Shown here: piece by piece, positions 16,633-28,866 of the stretch
Layout of the letters: every line of letters begins with the position of its first letter
Position numbering within the stretch: the stretch's first letter is position 1
Origin: Halalkalibacterium halodurans
Lineage (GTDB): Bacteria > Bacillota > Bacilli > Bacillales > Bacillaceae_D
NCBI RefSeq assembly: GCF_004376175.1
Contig: NZ_SNUY01000008.1
Location: forward strand, 1-32,000
Length of the DNA: 32,000 nt
Direction of reading: 5' to 3'
Made by a program: the position numbers and the translations under genes
Notes under the pieces: model-generated
Databases searched by the model: none
What the model was told of the DNA's origin: nothing
Seen by the model: only the letters and a program-made list of their open reading frames with translations

Positions 16633-17664
16633 ATGTTAACAGACCGTCAACTGTTGATTCTACAAGCGATTGTTGATGACTATATTCGCTCTGCTGAACC
16701 TGTTGGTTCTAGAAGCATTTCCAAGCGAGAGGATATTACCTTTAGTCCGGCAACGATTCGAAATGAGATGGCGGATCTTGAGGAACTAGGTTTTCTTGAG
16801 AAACCTCATAGTTCTGCAGGACGTATACCTTCTCAGAAAGGGTATCGGTACTACGTGGATCATTTGCTCATGCCACACCGTTTAACGAAGAAAGAACGGC
16901 ACTACATTCATGAGCTTTTCACAAAGAGGATCCAGGAAGTCGAACAAGCGATTCAACAATCGGCACAGATTTTATCGTCGATGACTCGTTATATTTCTGT
17001 TGTACTAGGTCCTGAAATGTTTGAAACGAAACTTAAAAGCATCCATATAATTCCCCTTACGGCCCATTCGGTTGTCGTGATTTTTGTCACGGATACAGGG
17101 TATGTTGAAAATCAAACGATGCATCTGCCTCATTCGGTTAATCCGGTCGATCTTGAAAAGACGGTCAACATTTTAAATGAGCGATTGGCAGGAGTCTCTC
17201 TGTTTCAGCTTCGTGAAAGGTTAAATAAAGAGGTTGCAGATGTTCTCCGTTTTCACGTGACGAACTATGAACTCGTACTAGATTTGTTAGAAAAGACGTT
17301 TGAAGCAGAAAAATCTGAAAAAGTCTTTTACGGTGGGAAAACAAATTTGTTATCCCAGCCGGAATTTCGCGATGTGGAGAAGATCAAACAAATCTTAACG
17401 ATTCTTGAGCAGGACGATGTCATGCATCAAATGATTCGCTCAAGCGGCGAGCAGATTCAGGTGAGAATCGGCCATGAAAACAACGTGGAAGCTTTTGAAG
17501 ATCTCAGTGTGATCACCGCATCTTATTCCATTGGTGGCAAGCATATGGGAACGATCGGAATCGTCGGTCCAACAAGAATGGAATATCGCCGGACGATTTC
17601 TGTTGTTGAGCACCTATCAAAAGACTTAACAAAGTTGCTGACAGACTTGTATCAACAAAGCTAG
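16633..17664 (+). CDS. hrcA: Heat-inducible transcription repressor HrcA
   Basis: MLTDRQLLILQAIVDDYIRSAEPVGSR is the canonical HrcA N-terminus. The ORF is 343 aa and is the first gene of the dnaK operon. Confidence 0.95.
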   Translation: MLTDRQLLILQAIVDDYIRSAEPVGSRSISKREDITFSPATIRNEMADLEELGFLEKPHSSAGRIPSQKGYRYYVDHLLMPHRLTKKERHYIHELFTKRIQEVEQAIQQSAQILSSMTRYISVVLGPEMFETKLKSIHIIPLTAHSVVVIFVTDTGYVENQTMHLPHSVNPVDLEKTVNILNERLAGVSLFQLRERLNKEVADVLRFHVTNYELVLDLLEKTFEAEKSEKVFYGGKTNLLSQPEFRDVEKIKQILTILEQDDVMHQMIRSSGEQIQVRIGHENNVEAFEDLSVITASYSIGGKHMGTIGIVGPTRMEYRRTISVVEHLSKDLTKLLTDLYQQS

Positions 17665-17743
17665 AGATGGTAATATTGACAATTAGTGTGCATTGATGCT
17701 GCTAATTGTTCTACATATGATTTCATACAGGAGGTGACGATCG

Positions 17744-18328
17744 TTGGTAGAAAACGAAAAAACATCTGTTGAAGAAACGGAAGAAAAAGCCGAAACAGAA
17801 GATGAGATGTTAACTGAAGACCCATCCAACGAGGACTCGGATGAAGCGAATGAAGAAGGAAATGAGCTGTCTGAGGAAGAGAAACGTATTGCTGAATTAG
17901 AAGGACAGGTTGATGAACTGAATCAACGTCTTTTACGTATACAGGCAGATTACGACAATTTCCGCCGCCGTCAACGAGAAGAAAAAGAAGCGGCTGCTAA
18001 ATATAGAGCTCAGTCTTTAATTGAGGAGCTGTTACCTGCTCTTGATAATTTTGAACGTGCATTGCTCGTGGAACCTGAGCAAGAGGAAACAAAAACGCTG
18101 CTTAAAGGGATGGAAATGGTCTATCGCCAAGTCTCTGAAGCCTTGAAAAAAGAAGGCCTTGAAGTGATTGAGACAAAGGGAGAAACCTTTGATCCGCATC
18201 TTCACCAAGCCGTGATGCAAGTTGAGGATGCTGAATTTGAATCAAATGAAATTGTGGAGGAATTGCAGAAGGGTTACAAGCTAAAGGATCGGGTGATCCG
18301 CCCTTCGATGGTGAAAGTGAACGCCTAA
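17744..18328 (+). CDS. grpE: Nucleotide exchange factor GrpE
   Basis: An acidic N-terminal tail is followed by [13 protein letters not shown] and a C-terminal FDPHLHQAV...V(I)RPSMV motif. TTG start lies 7 nt after AGGAGGTG. Confidence 0.93.
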   Translation: MVENEKTSVEETEEKAETEDEMLTEDPSNEDSDEANEEGNELSEEEKRIAELEGQVDELNQRLLRIQADYDNFRRRQREEKEAAAKYRAQSLIEELLPALDNFERALLVEPEQEETKTLLKGMEMVYRQVSEALKKEGLEVIETKGETFDPHLHQAVMQVEDAEFESNEIVEELQKGYKLKDRVIRPSMVKVNA

Positions 18329-18346
18329 TATAGAAGCACTACATAA

Positions 18347-20230
<1,884 letters not shown>

Positions 20231-20246
20231 TCTTAGCTTTAGAAAA

Positions 20247-20278
20247 AGTCAAAGTCAGAGCCATGACTTTGGCTTTTT
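20247..20278 (+). terminator. Terminator/attenuator hairpin after dnaK
   Basis: AGTCAAAGTCA-GAGCCA-TGACTTTGGCT forms an 11-bp stem with one G.U pair, followed by T5. B. subtilis is known to have partial termination between dnaK and dnaJ. Confidence 0.7.
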
Positions 20279-20308
20279 CTACGAAAAAAATCGTGCAACT
20301 AGAACATC

Positions 20309-20338
20309 TTGCTTTGCAGCCAGAAAAAATGGTATGAT
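20309..20338 (+). promoter_or_regulatory. Candidate internal sigmaA promoter for dnaJ
   Basis: TTGCTT-N18-TATGAT with an extended -10 TG (TGgTATGAT). An internal vegetative promoter upstream of dnaJ is described for B. subtilis. Confidence 0.5.
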
Positions 20339-20463
20339 GAACGTTATGTGATAGTGAGATAATCGGTGATACAGTCAACCATAAAGATTGCAAGAGCTAG
20401 CATAGCATAAGCTCTTGAACAATGAATAACATGGATAGTTCAGAAGAATCGGGAGTGGATGAC

Positions 20464-21576
20464 ATGAGCAAACGGGATTACTATGAAGTCCTTGGTGTTG
20501 ATCGTAACGCGTCCGCGGATGAAGTGAAAAAAGCGTACCGTAAATTGGCACGTAAATACCATCCTGACGTGAACAAGGCACCCGATGCAGAGGATAAATT
20601 TAAGGAAGTAAAAGAAGCGTTCGATACACTAAGTGATCCGCAGAAAAAAGCCCATTATGACCAATTTGGCCATACGGATCCGAACCAAGGATTTGGCGGT
20701 GGCGGTGCTGGTGACTTCGGTGGTTTTAGTGACATTTTTGATATGTTCTTTGGTGGCGGCGGGGGTAGACGCAATCCGAATGCACCTCGTCAAGGTGCGG
20801 ATCTGCAATATACGATGACCCTTGAATTTAAGGAAGCTGTTTTCGGTAAAGAAACGACGATTGAAATCCCGCGGGAAGAGACCTGTCATACGTGTTCAGG
20901 CTCTGGTGCAAAGCCTGGGACGAAGCCGGAATCTTGTCCGCATTGCGGCGGCTCCGGTCAGCTTAATATTGAGCAAAATACGCCGTTTGGCCGCGTCGTT
21001 AATCGCCGAGTTTGTCACCATTGTGAGGGAACAGGAAAATATATTAAGCATAAATGTGCAACATGCGGAGGAAAAGGAAAAGTACGTAAACGGAAAAAAA
21101 TCAATGTCAAAGTACCGGCAGGCATTGATCACGGTCAACAAATAAGGCTCTCTGGCCAAGGGGAAGCTGGAGTTAACGGAGGACCTGCTGGAGATTTATA
21201 TATTGTGTTTAATGTGAAGCCCCATGAGTTTTTTGAGCGTGATGGCGATGACATTTATTGTGAAATGCCGTTAACCTTTGTCCAAGTAGCCCTAGGCGAT
21301 GAGATTGAAGTCCCAACATTGAATGGGAAAGTTAAGCTAAAAATCCCAGCAGGGACGCAAACGGGTACGAGTTTTCGCTTGCGCGGAAAAGGAGTTCCGA
21401 ACGTACACGGTCGCGGGCAAGGAGATCAGCATGTTCAAGTTCGCGTCATTACGCCGAAGGAGCTCTCTGAAAAAGAAAAAGAGCTACTTCGTGAGTTTGC
21501 ACAAATGTCAGGCGGTCGCCCCGACGAGCAAGACGATTCCTTTTTTGCAAAAGTGAAGCGAGCGTTTAAAGGGTAA
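20464..21576 (+). CDS. dnaJ: Co-chaperone DnaJ
   Basis: [12 protein letters not shown] is the J-domain start, with an HPD motif, a G/F-rich linker and four CxxCxGxG zinc-finger repeats. ATG 20464 has a GGGAGTGG SD. Confidence 0.96.
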   Translation: MSKRDYYEVLGVDRNASADEVKKAYRKLARKYHPDVNKAPDAEDKFKEVKEAFDTLSDPQKKAHYDQFGHTDPNQGFGGGGAGDFGGFSDIFDMFFGGGGGRRNPNAPRQGADLQYTMTLEFKEAVFGKETTIEIPREETCHTCSGSGAKPGTKPESCPHCGGSGQLNIEQNTPFGRVVNRRVCHHCEGTGKYIKHKCATCGGKGKVRKRKKINVKVPAGIDHGQQIRLSGQGEAGVNGGPAGDLYIVFNVKPHEFFERDGDDIYCEMPLTFVQVALGDEIEVPTLNGKVKLKIPAGTQTGTSFRLRGKGVPNVHGRGQGDQHVQVRVITPKELSEKEKELLREFAQMSGGRPDEQDDSFFAKVKRAFKG

Positions 21577-21603
21577 ATGAAGAGAAAGGGTGGAGTTGGT
21601 AAG

Positions 21604-22545
21604 ATGAAATGGTCTGAGTTTAGCATCCATACAACACAGGAGGCGGTCGAACCTGTCTGCAATATTTTGCATGAAGCAGGGGCGAGTGGTGTTGTCATTG
21701 AAGACCCTAAAGATTTAGTGAAGGAATGGGGTGTGCATTACGGTGAAATCTACCAACTTAACCCTGACGATTACCCTGAAGAAGGTGTGATGATTAAAGC
21801 ATACTTTCCTGTCAATAGTTTCTTAGGAGAAACGATTGAGGAAATTAAGGAAGCTATTAATGGTCTTTTGCTTTATGATATCGATCTCGGTCATAATAAA
21901 ATTCAACTCGTTGAAGTCCTTGAGGAAGAATGGGCGACGGCTTGGAAGAAGTATTATAAGCCGGTGAAAGTGTCAAACACCATCACGATCGTTCCGACTT
22001 GGGAAGAGTATGAAGCCCATGAGGATGAAATGATCATTGAGCTCGATCCAGGAATGGCATTTGGAACAGGTACCCACCCTACGACCGTTCTTTGTATTCA
22101 GGCGCTCGAAAACGTCATCCAAGGCGGCGAGTCAGTGATTGACGTTGGAACAGGTTCAGGGGTTCTGAGCATTGCAGCAGCCAAACTTGGAGCTAGTGAG
22201 GTGCTTGGACTCGACCTGGATGAAGTAGCTGTAAAGAGCGCTCAAATGAATGTGAAGCTGAATAAAGTTCATAGACAAGTAATGGTTCGACAAAATCATT
22301 TACTTGAAGGGATTACAGGGACGCGAGATGTCATCGTCGCGAACATTTTAGCGGAAGTGATCATCCGCTTTGTCGCAGATGCAAAAGCGGTGTTAAAACC
22401 AGGAGGAACGTTTATTGTTTCGGGGATTATTAAAAGGAAAAAAAACGATGTAAAAGATGCCCTCGTCACAAACGGATTTCAGATCGAAGAGACGGTTGAA
22501 TTGGAAGACTGGGTGGCGATCATCGCCAAAAACGGACACGAGTGA
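21604..22545 (+). CDS. prmA: Ribosomal protein L11 methyltransferase
   Basis: [11 protein letters not shown] is the expected N-terminus, followed by [14 protein letters not shown] and [16 protein letters not shown] motifs. The position follows dnaJ as in the B. subtilis heptacistronic dnaK operon. Confidence 0.93.
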   Translation: MKWSEFSIHTTQEAVEPVCNILHEAGASGVVIEDPKDLVKEWGVHYGEIYQLNPDDYPEEGVMIKAYFPVNSFLGETIEEIKEAINGLLLYDIDLGHNKIQLVEVLEEEWATAWKKYYKPVKVSNTITIVPTWEEYEAHEDEMIIELDPGMAFGTGTHPTTVLCIQALENVIQGGESVIDVGTGSGVLSIAAAKLGASEVLGLDLDEVAVKSAQMNVKLNKVHRQVMVRQNHLLEGITGTRDVIVANILAEVIIRFVADAKAVLKPGGTFIVSGIIKRKKNDVKDALVTNGFQIEETVELEDWVAIIAKNGHE

Positions 22546-22554
22546 GGCAAAGAC

Positions 22555-23307
22555 ATGCAACGATATTTTGTCCCAAAGGAACAAATGACAGATACGTATG
22601 TCACCATTACAGGGGATGACGTGAAGCATATCATAAAGGTCATGCGCATGACGATCGGAGATGAATTAATTTGCAGCGATGGTCATGGCCGGACGGTTCG
22701 CTGTGAAATCGAGAAAGCGAATGATTCAGAAGTACTCGCTCGTGTCATTGAACCACTCATACCAAATACAGAGCTGCCTATTCGAGTAACGATCGCTCAA
22801 GCACTACCAAAAGGGGACAAGCTTGACTACATTGTGCAAAAAGGGACAGAATTAGGTGCTCAAGCGTTTTGGCCGTTCTCTGCCAGTCGCTCGATTGTGA
22901 AATGGGATGAGAAGAAGGGGCGAAAAAAAACAGAGAGATTGATGAAAATCGCCAAGGAAGCCGCTGAGCAATCATACAGGGAACGGATCCCTTCCATTGA
23001 AACGCCGCTAGCGTTTTCTAAGCTTTTGCAGGAGATCTCCGGTTTTACGAAAACGATCGTCGCGTATGAGGAAGAGGCGAAAGAAGGGCGCCTTATGACT
23101 TTCGCTGCCTGTTTGAACGAATTACATCATGGAGACTCCCTTCTTGTCATCATCGGCCCAGAAGGTGGATTTACAACTGAAGAAATTGATGCGATTCAAA
23201 GGGCGGGAGGAGCGCCTGCAGGCCTTGGGCCGAGAATTTTGCGAACGGAAACGGCCTCTCTCTATGCCTTGGCTGCAATTTCGTATCACTTTGAACGAAT
23301 GAGGTGA
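22555..23307 (+). CDS. rsmE: 16S rRNA (uracil1498-N3)-methyltransferase RsmE (YqeU)
   Basis: MQRYFV is the expected N-terminus, with a PUA-like N-terminal domain and a C-terminal SPOUT motif (IGPEGGF...E......G......LGPRILR.ETA). Confidence 0.92.
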   Translation: MQRYFVPKEQMTDTYVTITGDDVKHIIKVMRMTIGDELICSDGHGRTVRCEIEKANDSEVLARVIEPLIPNTELPIRVTIAQALPKGDKLDYIVQKGTELGAQAFWPFSASRSIVKWDEKKGRKKTERLMKIAKEAAEQSYRERIPSIETPLAFSKLLQEISGFTKTIVAYEEEAKEGRLMTFAACLNELHHGDSLLVIIGPEGGFTTEEIDAIQRAGGAPAGLGPRILRTETASLYALAAISYHFERMR

Positions 23308-23312
23308 AAAAC

Positions 23313-24659
23313 ATGGCAACAGTTGCTTTTCAAACATTAGGGTGTAAAGTGAATCATTATGAAACAGAAGCCATTTGGCAGTTGTTTAAAGGAGAAGGCT
23401 ATGAGAAGGTCGACTTTGAGCAAATGGCCGATGTGTATGTCATCAACACATGTACAGTGACAAACACAGGAGATAAAAAAAGTCGCCAAGTGATCCGCCG
23501 TGCGATCCGTAAAAATCCTGATGCGGTCATTTGCGTTACAGGCTGCTATGCGCAAACATCCCCTGCAGAGGTTATGGCGATTCCTGGTGTTGACATTGTT
23601 GTTGGAACACAGGATCGAAAAAAGATGCTTGAGTACATTGAGCAATACAAGAAAGAGCGTCAGCCTATTAACGGTGTAGGAAATATTATGAAATCTCGCG
23701 TGTATGAGGAGTTGGATGTACCTGCTTTTACAGATCGAACCCGGGCATCATTAAAAATTCAAGAGGGCTGTAACAATTTCTGTACCTTTTGTATTATTCC
23801 TTGGGCTCGTGGGTTGATGAGATCACGTGATCCGAAAGAAGTCATTAAACAAGCAGAGCAGCTCGTTCAAGCAGGCTATAAAGAAATCGTCTTAACTGGT
23901 ATTCATACGGGTGGTTATGGTGAAGATTTAAAGGATTACTCACTTGCCCGTTTATTGGAAGACCTCGAACAAGTGAATGGTTTAAAGCGAATTCGAATTT
24001 CATCGATTGAAGCAAGTCAGCTTACCGATGAAGTCATCGAAGTCATTGACCGTTCGACTAAGGTTGTCCGCCATTTGCACATTCCGTTACAATCAGGCTC
24101 TGATACTGTATTAAAACGGATGCGACGTAAGTATACGATGGCTTTTTTTGCTGAGCGGTTAGAACGTCTCCGCGAAGCGTTACCAGGTTTAGCGGTTACA
24201 TCCGATGTCATCGTCGGCTTCCCCGGTGAGACGGAGGCTGAATTTCAAGAGACGTATGATTTTATTGCAAAGCATAAGTTTTCTGAGTTACATGTGTTCC
24301 CATACTCCAAGCGAACGGGGACACCTGCAGCGCGTATGGAAGATCAAGTGAATGAAGATGTAAAAAATGAACGAGTCCACCGTCTTATTCAACTTTCTGA
24401 TCAGCTAGCAAAGGAGTACGCGTCACAGTTTGAAGGAGAAGTATTGGAAATGATCCCTGAGGAGCGGGATAAAGAAGAGCCAAATTCCGGTCTATATGTT
24501 GGTTATACCGATAACTATTTAAAGGTAAAAATTCCGGCAACGGACGAGATGATCGGAAAACTCGTAAAAGTGAAAATTACAAAGGCAGGGTACCCCTATA
24601 ATGAAGGCGAATTTGTCCGAGTGTTGGATGAAGAGCCTCAGGCAGTGGCTCACGGGTGA
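23313..24659 (+). CDS. mtaB: tRNA (N6-threonylcarbamoyladenosine) methylthiotransferase MtaB (YqeV)
   Basis: MATVAFQTLGCKVNHYETEA is nearly identical to the remembered B. subtilis YqeV. The radical-SAM motif CNNFCTFC and a C-terminal TRAM-like domain are present. GAGGTGA SD is present. Confidence 0.94.
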   Translation: MATVAFQTLGCKVNHYETEAIWQLFKGEGYEKVDFEQMADVYVINTCTVTNTGDKKSRQVIRRAIRKNPDAVICVTGCYAQTSPAEVMAIPGVDIVVGTQDRKKMLEYIEQYKKERQPINGVGNIMKSRVYEELDVPAFTDRTRASLKIQEGCNNFCTFCIIPWARGLMRSRDPKEVIKQAEQLVQAGYKEIVLTGIHTGGYGEDLKDYSLARLLEDLEQVNGLKRIRISSIEASQLTDEVIEVIDRSTKVVRHLHIPLQSGSDTVLKRMRRKYTMAFFAERLERLREALPGLAVTSDVIVGFPGETEAEFQETYDFIAKHKFSELHVFPYSKRTGTPAARMEDQVNEDVKNERVHRLIQLSDQLAKEYASQFEGEVLEMIPEERDKEEPNSGLYVGYTDNYLKVKIPATDEMIGKLVKVKITKAGYPYNEGEFVRVLDEEPQAVAHG

Positions 24660-24839
24660 TCTGATCAATGGCATCTATCGTAATGTTTGCGGTGGGTGTC
24701 GTTTTTCATTCGCTCAATGGATGGGATAGGAGAAGGTGATGGGCGTAAGATAACAATAAGGATGCGGCTCGCCAATCGCTCTGTTCTATGCTACCATACA
24801 GAGAGGTACGTACAACTCACGAGGAAGGAAGATGAAATC

Positions 24840-25514
24840 ATGTCACGTTCGATTGCACAAATGATTGATCATACGCTACTTAAACCAAATACAACAGAAG
24901 ACCAAATTGTAAAGCTCTGTGAGGAAGCAAAGGAATATTCATTTGCATCTGTTTGTGTGAATCCTACTTGGGTCGCACTTGCTGCGCAGTTGCTAAAAGA
25001 TGCACCTGATGTGAAAGTATGTACAGTTATCGGCTTTCCGTTAGGGGCAACGACTCCGGAAGTGAAAGCGTTTGAAACGACTAATGCCATTGAAAATGGA
25101 GCGACAGAAGTGGACATGGTCATTAACATTGGAGCGTTAAAAGATAAACAATACGAGCTTGTTGGACGCGACATTCAAGCGGTTGTTAAAGCAGCAGAAG
25201 GGAAAGCATTAACGAAAGTAATCATTGAAACATCGTTATTAACGGAGGAAGAGAAGAAGGCTGCGTGTGAGCTTGCCGTAAAAGCAGGAGCCGACTTTGT
25301 CAAAACGTCGACTGGATTCTCTGGCGGAGGTGCTACGGCTGAGGATATCGCGCTCATGCGAAAAGTGGTCGGACCAAATTTAGGAGTCAAAGCTTCTGGA
25401 GGTGTTAGAGATCTGTCCGACGCGAAAGCGATGATTGATGCTGGTGCTACTCGGATTGGTGCGAGTGCTGGGGTGGCGATTGTTAACGGGGAGCGTAGGG
25501 AAGGGAGTTATTAA
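24840..25514 (+). CDS. deoC: Deoxyribose-phosphate aldolase
   Basis: [32 protein letters not shown] (with the Schiff-base Lys context) and KASGG(V)R motifs are present. I moved the start to ATG 24840, preceded by a GAGGAAGGAAG SD. Confidence 0.92.
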   Translation: MSRSIAQMIDHTLLKPNTTEDQIVKLCEEAKEYSFASVCVNPTWVALAAQLLKDAPDVKVCTVIGFPLGATTPEVKAFETTNAIENGATEVDMVINIGALKDKQYELVGRDIQAVVKAAEGKALTKVIIETSLLTEEEKKAACELAVKAGADFVKTSTGFSGGGATAEDIALMRKVVGPNLGVKASGGVRDLSDAKAMIDAGATRIGASAGVAIVNGERREGSY

Positions 25515-25517
25515 GGA

Positions 25518-25542
25518 GGAGCCTGAGGGAGGCTCCTTTTTT
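25518..25542. terminator. Bidirectional terminator between deoC (+) and yqeW (-)
   Basis: GGAGCCT-GAGGG-AGGCTCC forms a 7-bp stem followed by T6. Confidence 0.7.
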
Positions 25543-25559
25543 CTTATGCTCGGCTTTTT

Positions 25560-26492
25560 CTACTGTGATGGGCCGTGTAACGTTTCAATAAACGAAGCAA
25601 AAGGTTTAACAAACGGGAGGATCGCAAGTGAACAAATAACATTAAAGATCGTACTAGCATGAGCAAGCTGAATAGCTGGAATCGTCGTTAGCGTCATGAC
25701 GAAGTGACTCAAATGTGGAATAAGGGGAATAAAGAGCAGGACCCCGATCACATTTAACCAAAGATGGGCAAATGCTACGAGGCGCGAGGTGCGACCTGAT
25801 CCTATGCTAGCTAATAAGGCGGTGAAGCATGTACCGATGTTCGCCCCTAACATAATGGCAATTCCTCCGTGTATCCCAATGATTTCTTCATTCAAAAATC
25901 CCATGGCAATCGCCGTTGTGGCTGTACTTGATTGGATTAGCGCCGTTAATAAGGTGCCGACGCCAGCACCAACGATAAGCCAATCGTTTGTTAATTCGAT
26001 AAAGGCTTGAATGGCCGGGATAGCAGCTAACGGAGAAGCAAGGTTCTCTAATCCGTTCATCGAAATGAAAATGCATGCAAGTCCAAAGCTAACACAGCCA
26101 AGACAGTATGTGATGAGATGGGGGATCGCGAGACCGATTAATCCGATGAGAAGTAAGGGAACAATCAATGAGTGTAAATCAAGGGCGATTAATTCAACGG
26201 TAAAACATGTACCGACATTCGTTCCTAAAATGATTCCGATCGATTGACGGAACGTTACATATCCTGCTGCTACAAAGCCAATGGTGACAATCATGACAGC
26301 TGAACTGCTTTGTAGAAGTATAGTTAAAAGAAGGCCAACAAAAAAGCCCTTTAGTGGATTATCCACGAAACGAAGGATGCCAACACGTGCTTTCTCAGCA
26401 TTCATCGTCAGGAGCCCTGCACGCATGACCGCCATTCCGAATAAAAATAAGCTAACAAACACGGCAAATAGTGTAAACAATTGTTGCGTCAC
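25560..26492 (-). CDS. yqeW: Na/Pi cotransporter family membrane protein (YqeW-like)
   Basis: Polytopic membrane ORF with a duplicated LLQSSSA / LIQSSTAT plus G.N(I/V)GT motif typical of the PF02690 Na/Pi symporter repeats. I chose the GTG whose first base is at 26492 because GGGGGTGG lies 6 nt upstream. The TTG whose first base is at 26498 abuts that SD. Confidence 0.85.
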   Translation of the reverse strand: MTQQLFTLFAVFVSLFLFGMAVMRAGLLTMNAEKARVGILRFVDNPLKGFFVGLLLTILLQSSSAVMIVTIGFVAAGYVTFRQSIGIILGTNVGTCFTVELIALDLHSLIVPLLLIGLIGLAIPHLITYCLGCVSFGLACIFISMNGLENLASPLAAIPAIQAFIELTNDWLIVGAGVGTLLTALIQSSTATTAIAMGFLNEEIIGIHGGIAIMLGANIGTCFTALLASIGSGRTSRLVAFAHLWLNVIGVLLFIPLIPHLSHFVMTLTTIPAIQLAHASTIFNVICSLAILPFVKPFASFIETLHGPSQ

Positions 26493-26581
26493 GCACAACC
26501 ACCCCCATACAATGTATGGACAAGTGAGGACAAGAATGACTCATTTCTTAACTTCATCAGTTGGTAAATGTTCGGTTTCAG

Positions 26582-26610
26582 TTGACCGACAAAAACCCTT
26601 ATATTATAAT
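26582..26610 (+). promoter_or_regulatory. Near-consensus sigmaA promoter for rpsU-yqeY
   Basis: TTGACC-N17-TATAAT, located 62 nt upstream of the rpsU ATG. Confidence 0.7.
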
Positions 26611-26671
26611 CAAACAAGACGTGCATTTTTTGTGTACATCTAGTTGGTTGTTTCGGAGGGAGGGAAAGAAA

Positions 26672-26845
26672 ATGGCAGAAACTCGTGTTCGTAAAAACGA
26701 ATCGATTGATGCTGCACTTCGTCGCTTCAAGAGATCACTCTCTAAAGAAGGAACGTTGGCTGAGGTTAGAAAACGTAAGCACTATGAAAAGCCTAGTGTT
26801 CGTCGCAAGAAGAAATCCGAAGCTGCAAGAAAGCGTAAGTTCTAA
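26672..26845 (+). CDS. rpsU: 30S ribosomal protein S21
   Basis: [57 protein letters not shown] is a canonical 57-aa S21. GGAGGGAGGGAAAG SD is present. Confidence 0.96.
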   Translation: MAETRVRKNESIDAALRRFKRSLSKEGTLAEVRKRKHYEKPSVRRKKKSEAARKRKF

Positions 26846-26864
26846 ATAAAAGAGGGTGTTGAAA

Positions 26865-27308
26865 TTGAATCTCCTTGATCGTTTAAATCAAGACATGAAA
26901 GAAGCGATGAAAAACAAGGAAAAAGAAAAGCTTTCTGTCATTCGTATGGTGAAATCATCTTTGCAAAATGAACAGATTAAATTCGGACGCGATCTGACAG
27001 AAGATGATCAATTAACGGTGCTTAACCGTGAGCTTAAGCAGCGTAAAGATTCCCTCCAAGAGTTTGAAAAAGCCAATCGGGAAGATCTCGTTGAAAAGCT
27101 TCGCAATGAGATTTCTATACTTGAGCATTACATGCCTGAACAGTTGTCAGAGGATGAACTCCTAGCAATTGTCAATGAGACGATTGCAGAAGTAGGAGCA
27201 TCTTCAAAAGCCGATATGGGTAAAGTAATGGGGGCGATCATGCCTAAGGTAAAAGGCAAAGCTGACGGAGGTCTCGTCAATCGCCTCGTGCAACAACAGT
27301 TATCATAA
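26865..27308 (+). CDS. yqeY: GatB/YqeY domain protein
   Basis: Collinear with the remembered B. subtilis YqeY ([10 protein letters not shown]...[12 protein letters not shown]...[12 protein letters not shown]...[25 protein letters not shown]). TTG 26865 lies 6 nt after AGAGGGTG. Confidence 0.9.
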   Translation: MNLLDRLNQDMKEAMKNKEKEKLSVIRMVKSSLQNEQIKFGRDLTEDDQLTVLNRELKQRKDSLQEFEKANREDLVEKLRNEISILEHYMPEQLSEDELLAIVNETIAEVGASSKADMGKVMGAIMPKVKGKADGGLVNRLVQQQLS

Positions 27309-27319
27309 TTGAACAATCC

Positions 27320-27350
27320 GACGTCTTGTCATTGGACAGGGCGTCTTTTT
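27320..27350 (+). terminator. Rho-independent terminator after yqeY
   Basis: GACGTCTTGTC-ATTG-GACAGGGCGTC forms an 11-bp stem with two G.U pairs, followed by T5. Confidence 0.75.
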
Positions 27351-27508
27351 ATGATTCCTACAGATGAAGAAGCTGAACAGTCTTTGCTGTCGGTGGACAT
27401 AGGGGACCGGGTTCGATAAAATGAAAAAAAGATCGTGTAAAAAGTTGAAACTTATTTCTACACATTTCGTAAAAAAAATAGCGATATCAACTAGAAAGGA
27501 GGACAGCT

Positions 27509-28846
27509 ATGGAACGAATCCGGTGGCTTTACGGTTTTCTAGCATGCATCCTCATAGCCATATTACTTGCCCCCCTTCAAATCATGGCTCAAGGCGAGTT
27601 CCGCACATCGGATCAACCTCTCGTATACTACATCCCTGTTGAACAGGAAGTCGAGCGTGGATTGGAAGCGTTTTTACAGCGGTCGTTGGATAGTGCGGTG
27701 GAAGAAGGGGCTGATCATATCGTCTTGGAAATTAATACTCCAGGTGGACGAGTGGACGCAGCTGGCAATATGGCAAGAGCTTTGCGGGAGACAGACATTC
27801 CGATCACTGCTTATGTGATCGATCAAGCGTTATCAGCAGGAGCCTACATCGCGTTAAACGCAGATGAGATTGTCATGGCACCGGGATCAACGATGGGATC
27901 AGCCGCTGTCATTGATAGTGCGGGAAATGCAGCCGACGAGAAAGCTCAGTCGTACTGGCTAGCTGAAATGCGAAATGCGGCTGAATATAACGATCGCGAT
28001 CCTAAGTACGCTTTAGCGATGGCGGATCGTAGCATTGAAATTCCAGAGCTCGATATTTCAAACGAAGAGCTGTTAACTCTTACAGCGAGTCAAGCGCTTG
28101 AAGTTAATTATGCAGAAGCGATTGCGTCAAATCGAGCAGAGCTATTAGAGCATCTTCAGATTGACAATGCTTTCGAACAGGAAATGGAAGTAAGCTTTGC
28201 GGAAAAGCTAGCTCGCTTTGTGACAAATCCGCTAATCATTCCGATTTTACTCTCCATCGGTAGCCTCGGGCTTGTGCTTGAGCTCTATTCCCCAGGTTTT
28301 GGTGTCCCAGGAATCATGGGAATCTCAGCATTGCTGCTCTTTTTCTTCGGCCATTTAATTGCCGGTTTTGCAGGCTACGAAGCGATGATTTTATTTATCG
28401 CTGGTTTTCTCTTAATTTTAATAGAGGTGTTTATGCCCGGCTTCGGTCTATTTGGTATCCTTGGTATCGCAGGGATGATCGGAGGAATGTTACTCGCGTC
28501 CTTTTCAACTGCATGGATGCTCGTATCTTTAGGAATCTCAGCTGTCGTCACTACGGTAGTTGCTATCATTACGTTTAGGTATTTCGGATCAAGAGGACCA
28601 TGGAAAAAAATGATCCTTACTGAATCGACCAGCAGTGAAAAAGGATACATTACAAATGAGACAAGACAAGAACTTGTCGGGTTAATTGGTCAATCCCTAA
28701 CACCATTACGTCCTTCCGGATCGGGACTATTTGGAGAGGAACGACTTGACGTCGTCTCTGAGGGAGGATATATTGAACAGGGTAGGAAGATAAAGGTCGT
28801 ATCTACATCTGGATCGCGGATCGTTGTTCGCGAAACAGATGAATGA
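27509..28846 (+). CDS. yqeZ: NfeD-family membrane-bound ClpP-class serine protease (YqeZ)
   Basis: It has a signal/TM N-terminus, a ClpP-like domain ([11 protein letters not shown]...[10 protein letters not shown]), a multi-TM middle region and a C-terminal NfeD OB-fold segment. It lies directly upstream of floA, as in B. subtilis. AAAGGAGGA SD is present. Confidence 0.88.
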
Positions 28847-28866
28847 TTAAAAGGAGGAATTTTGTT

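Noticed and set aside
17678-17712. ACAATTAG-N15-CTAATTGT inverted repeat with an embedded TTGACA in the hrcA-grpE spacer, considered as an internal promoter or operator.
   Set aside because: No -10 hexamer lies at a workable distance from the TTGACA, and the stem is only 8 bp of A/T-rich sequence. A minor RNA processing or stability hairpin is possible but cannot be supported from sequence alone.
27401-27420. GGGGACCGGGTTCGATAAA, which resembles a tRNA T-arm/T-loop (GGTTCGA).
   Set aside because: No complementary T-stem 3' strand follows the loop, and no acceptor, D or anticodon arms can be drawn in the flanking 27351-27508 spacer. It is not a tRNA gene.
27421-27642. The 73-aa ORF (MKKRSCKKLKLISTHF...) upstream of and overlapping yqeZ.
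   Set aside because: It has no SD and an implausible composition. It overlaps the well-supported yqeZ start out of frame, and yqeZ has a strong AAAGGAGGA SD.
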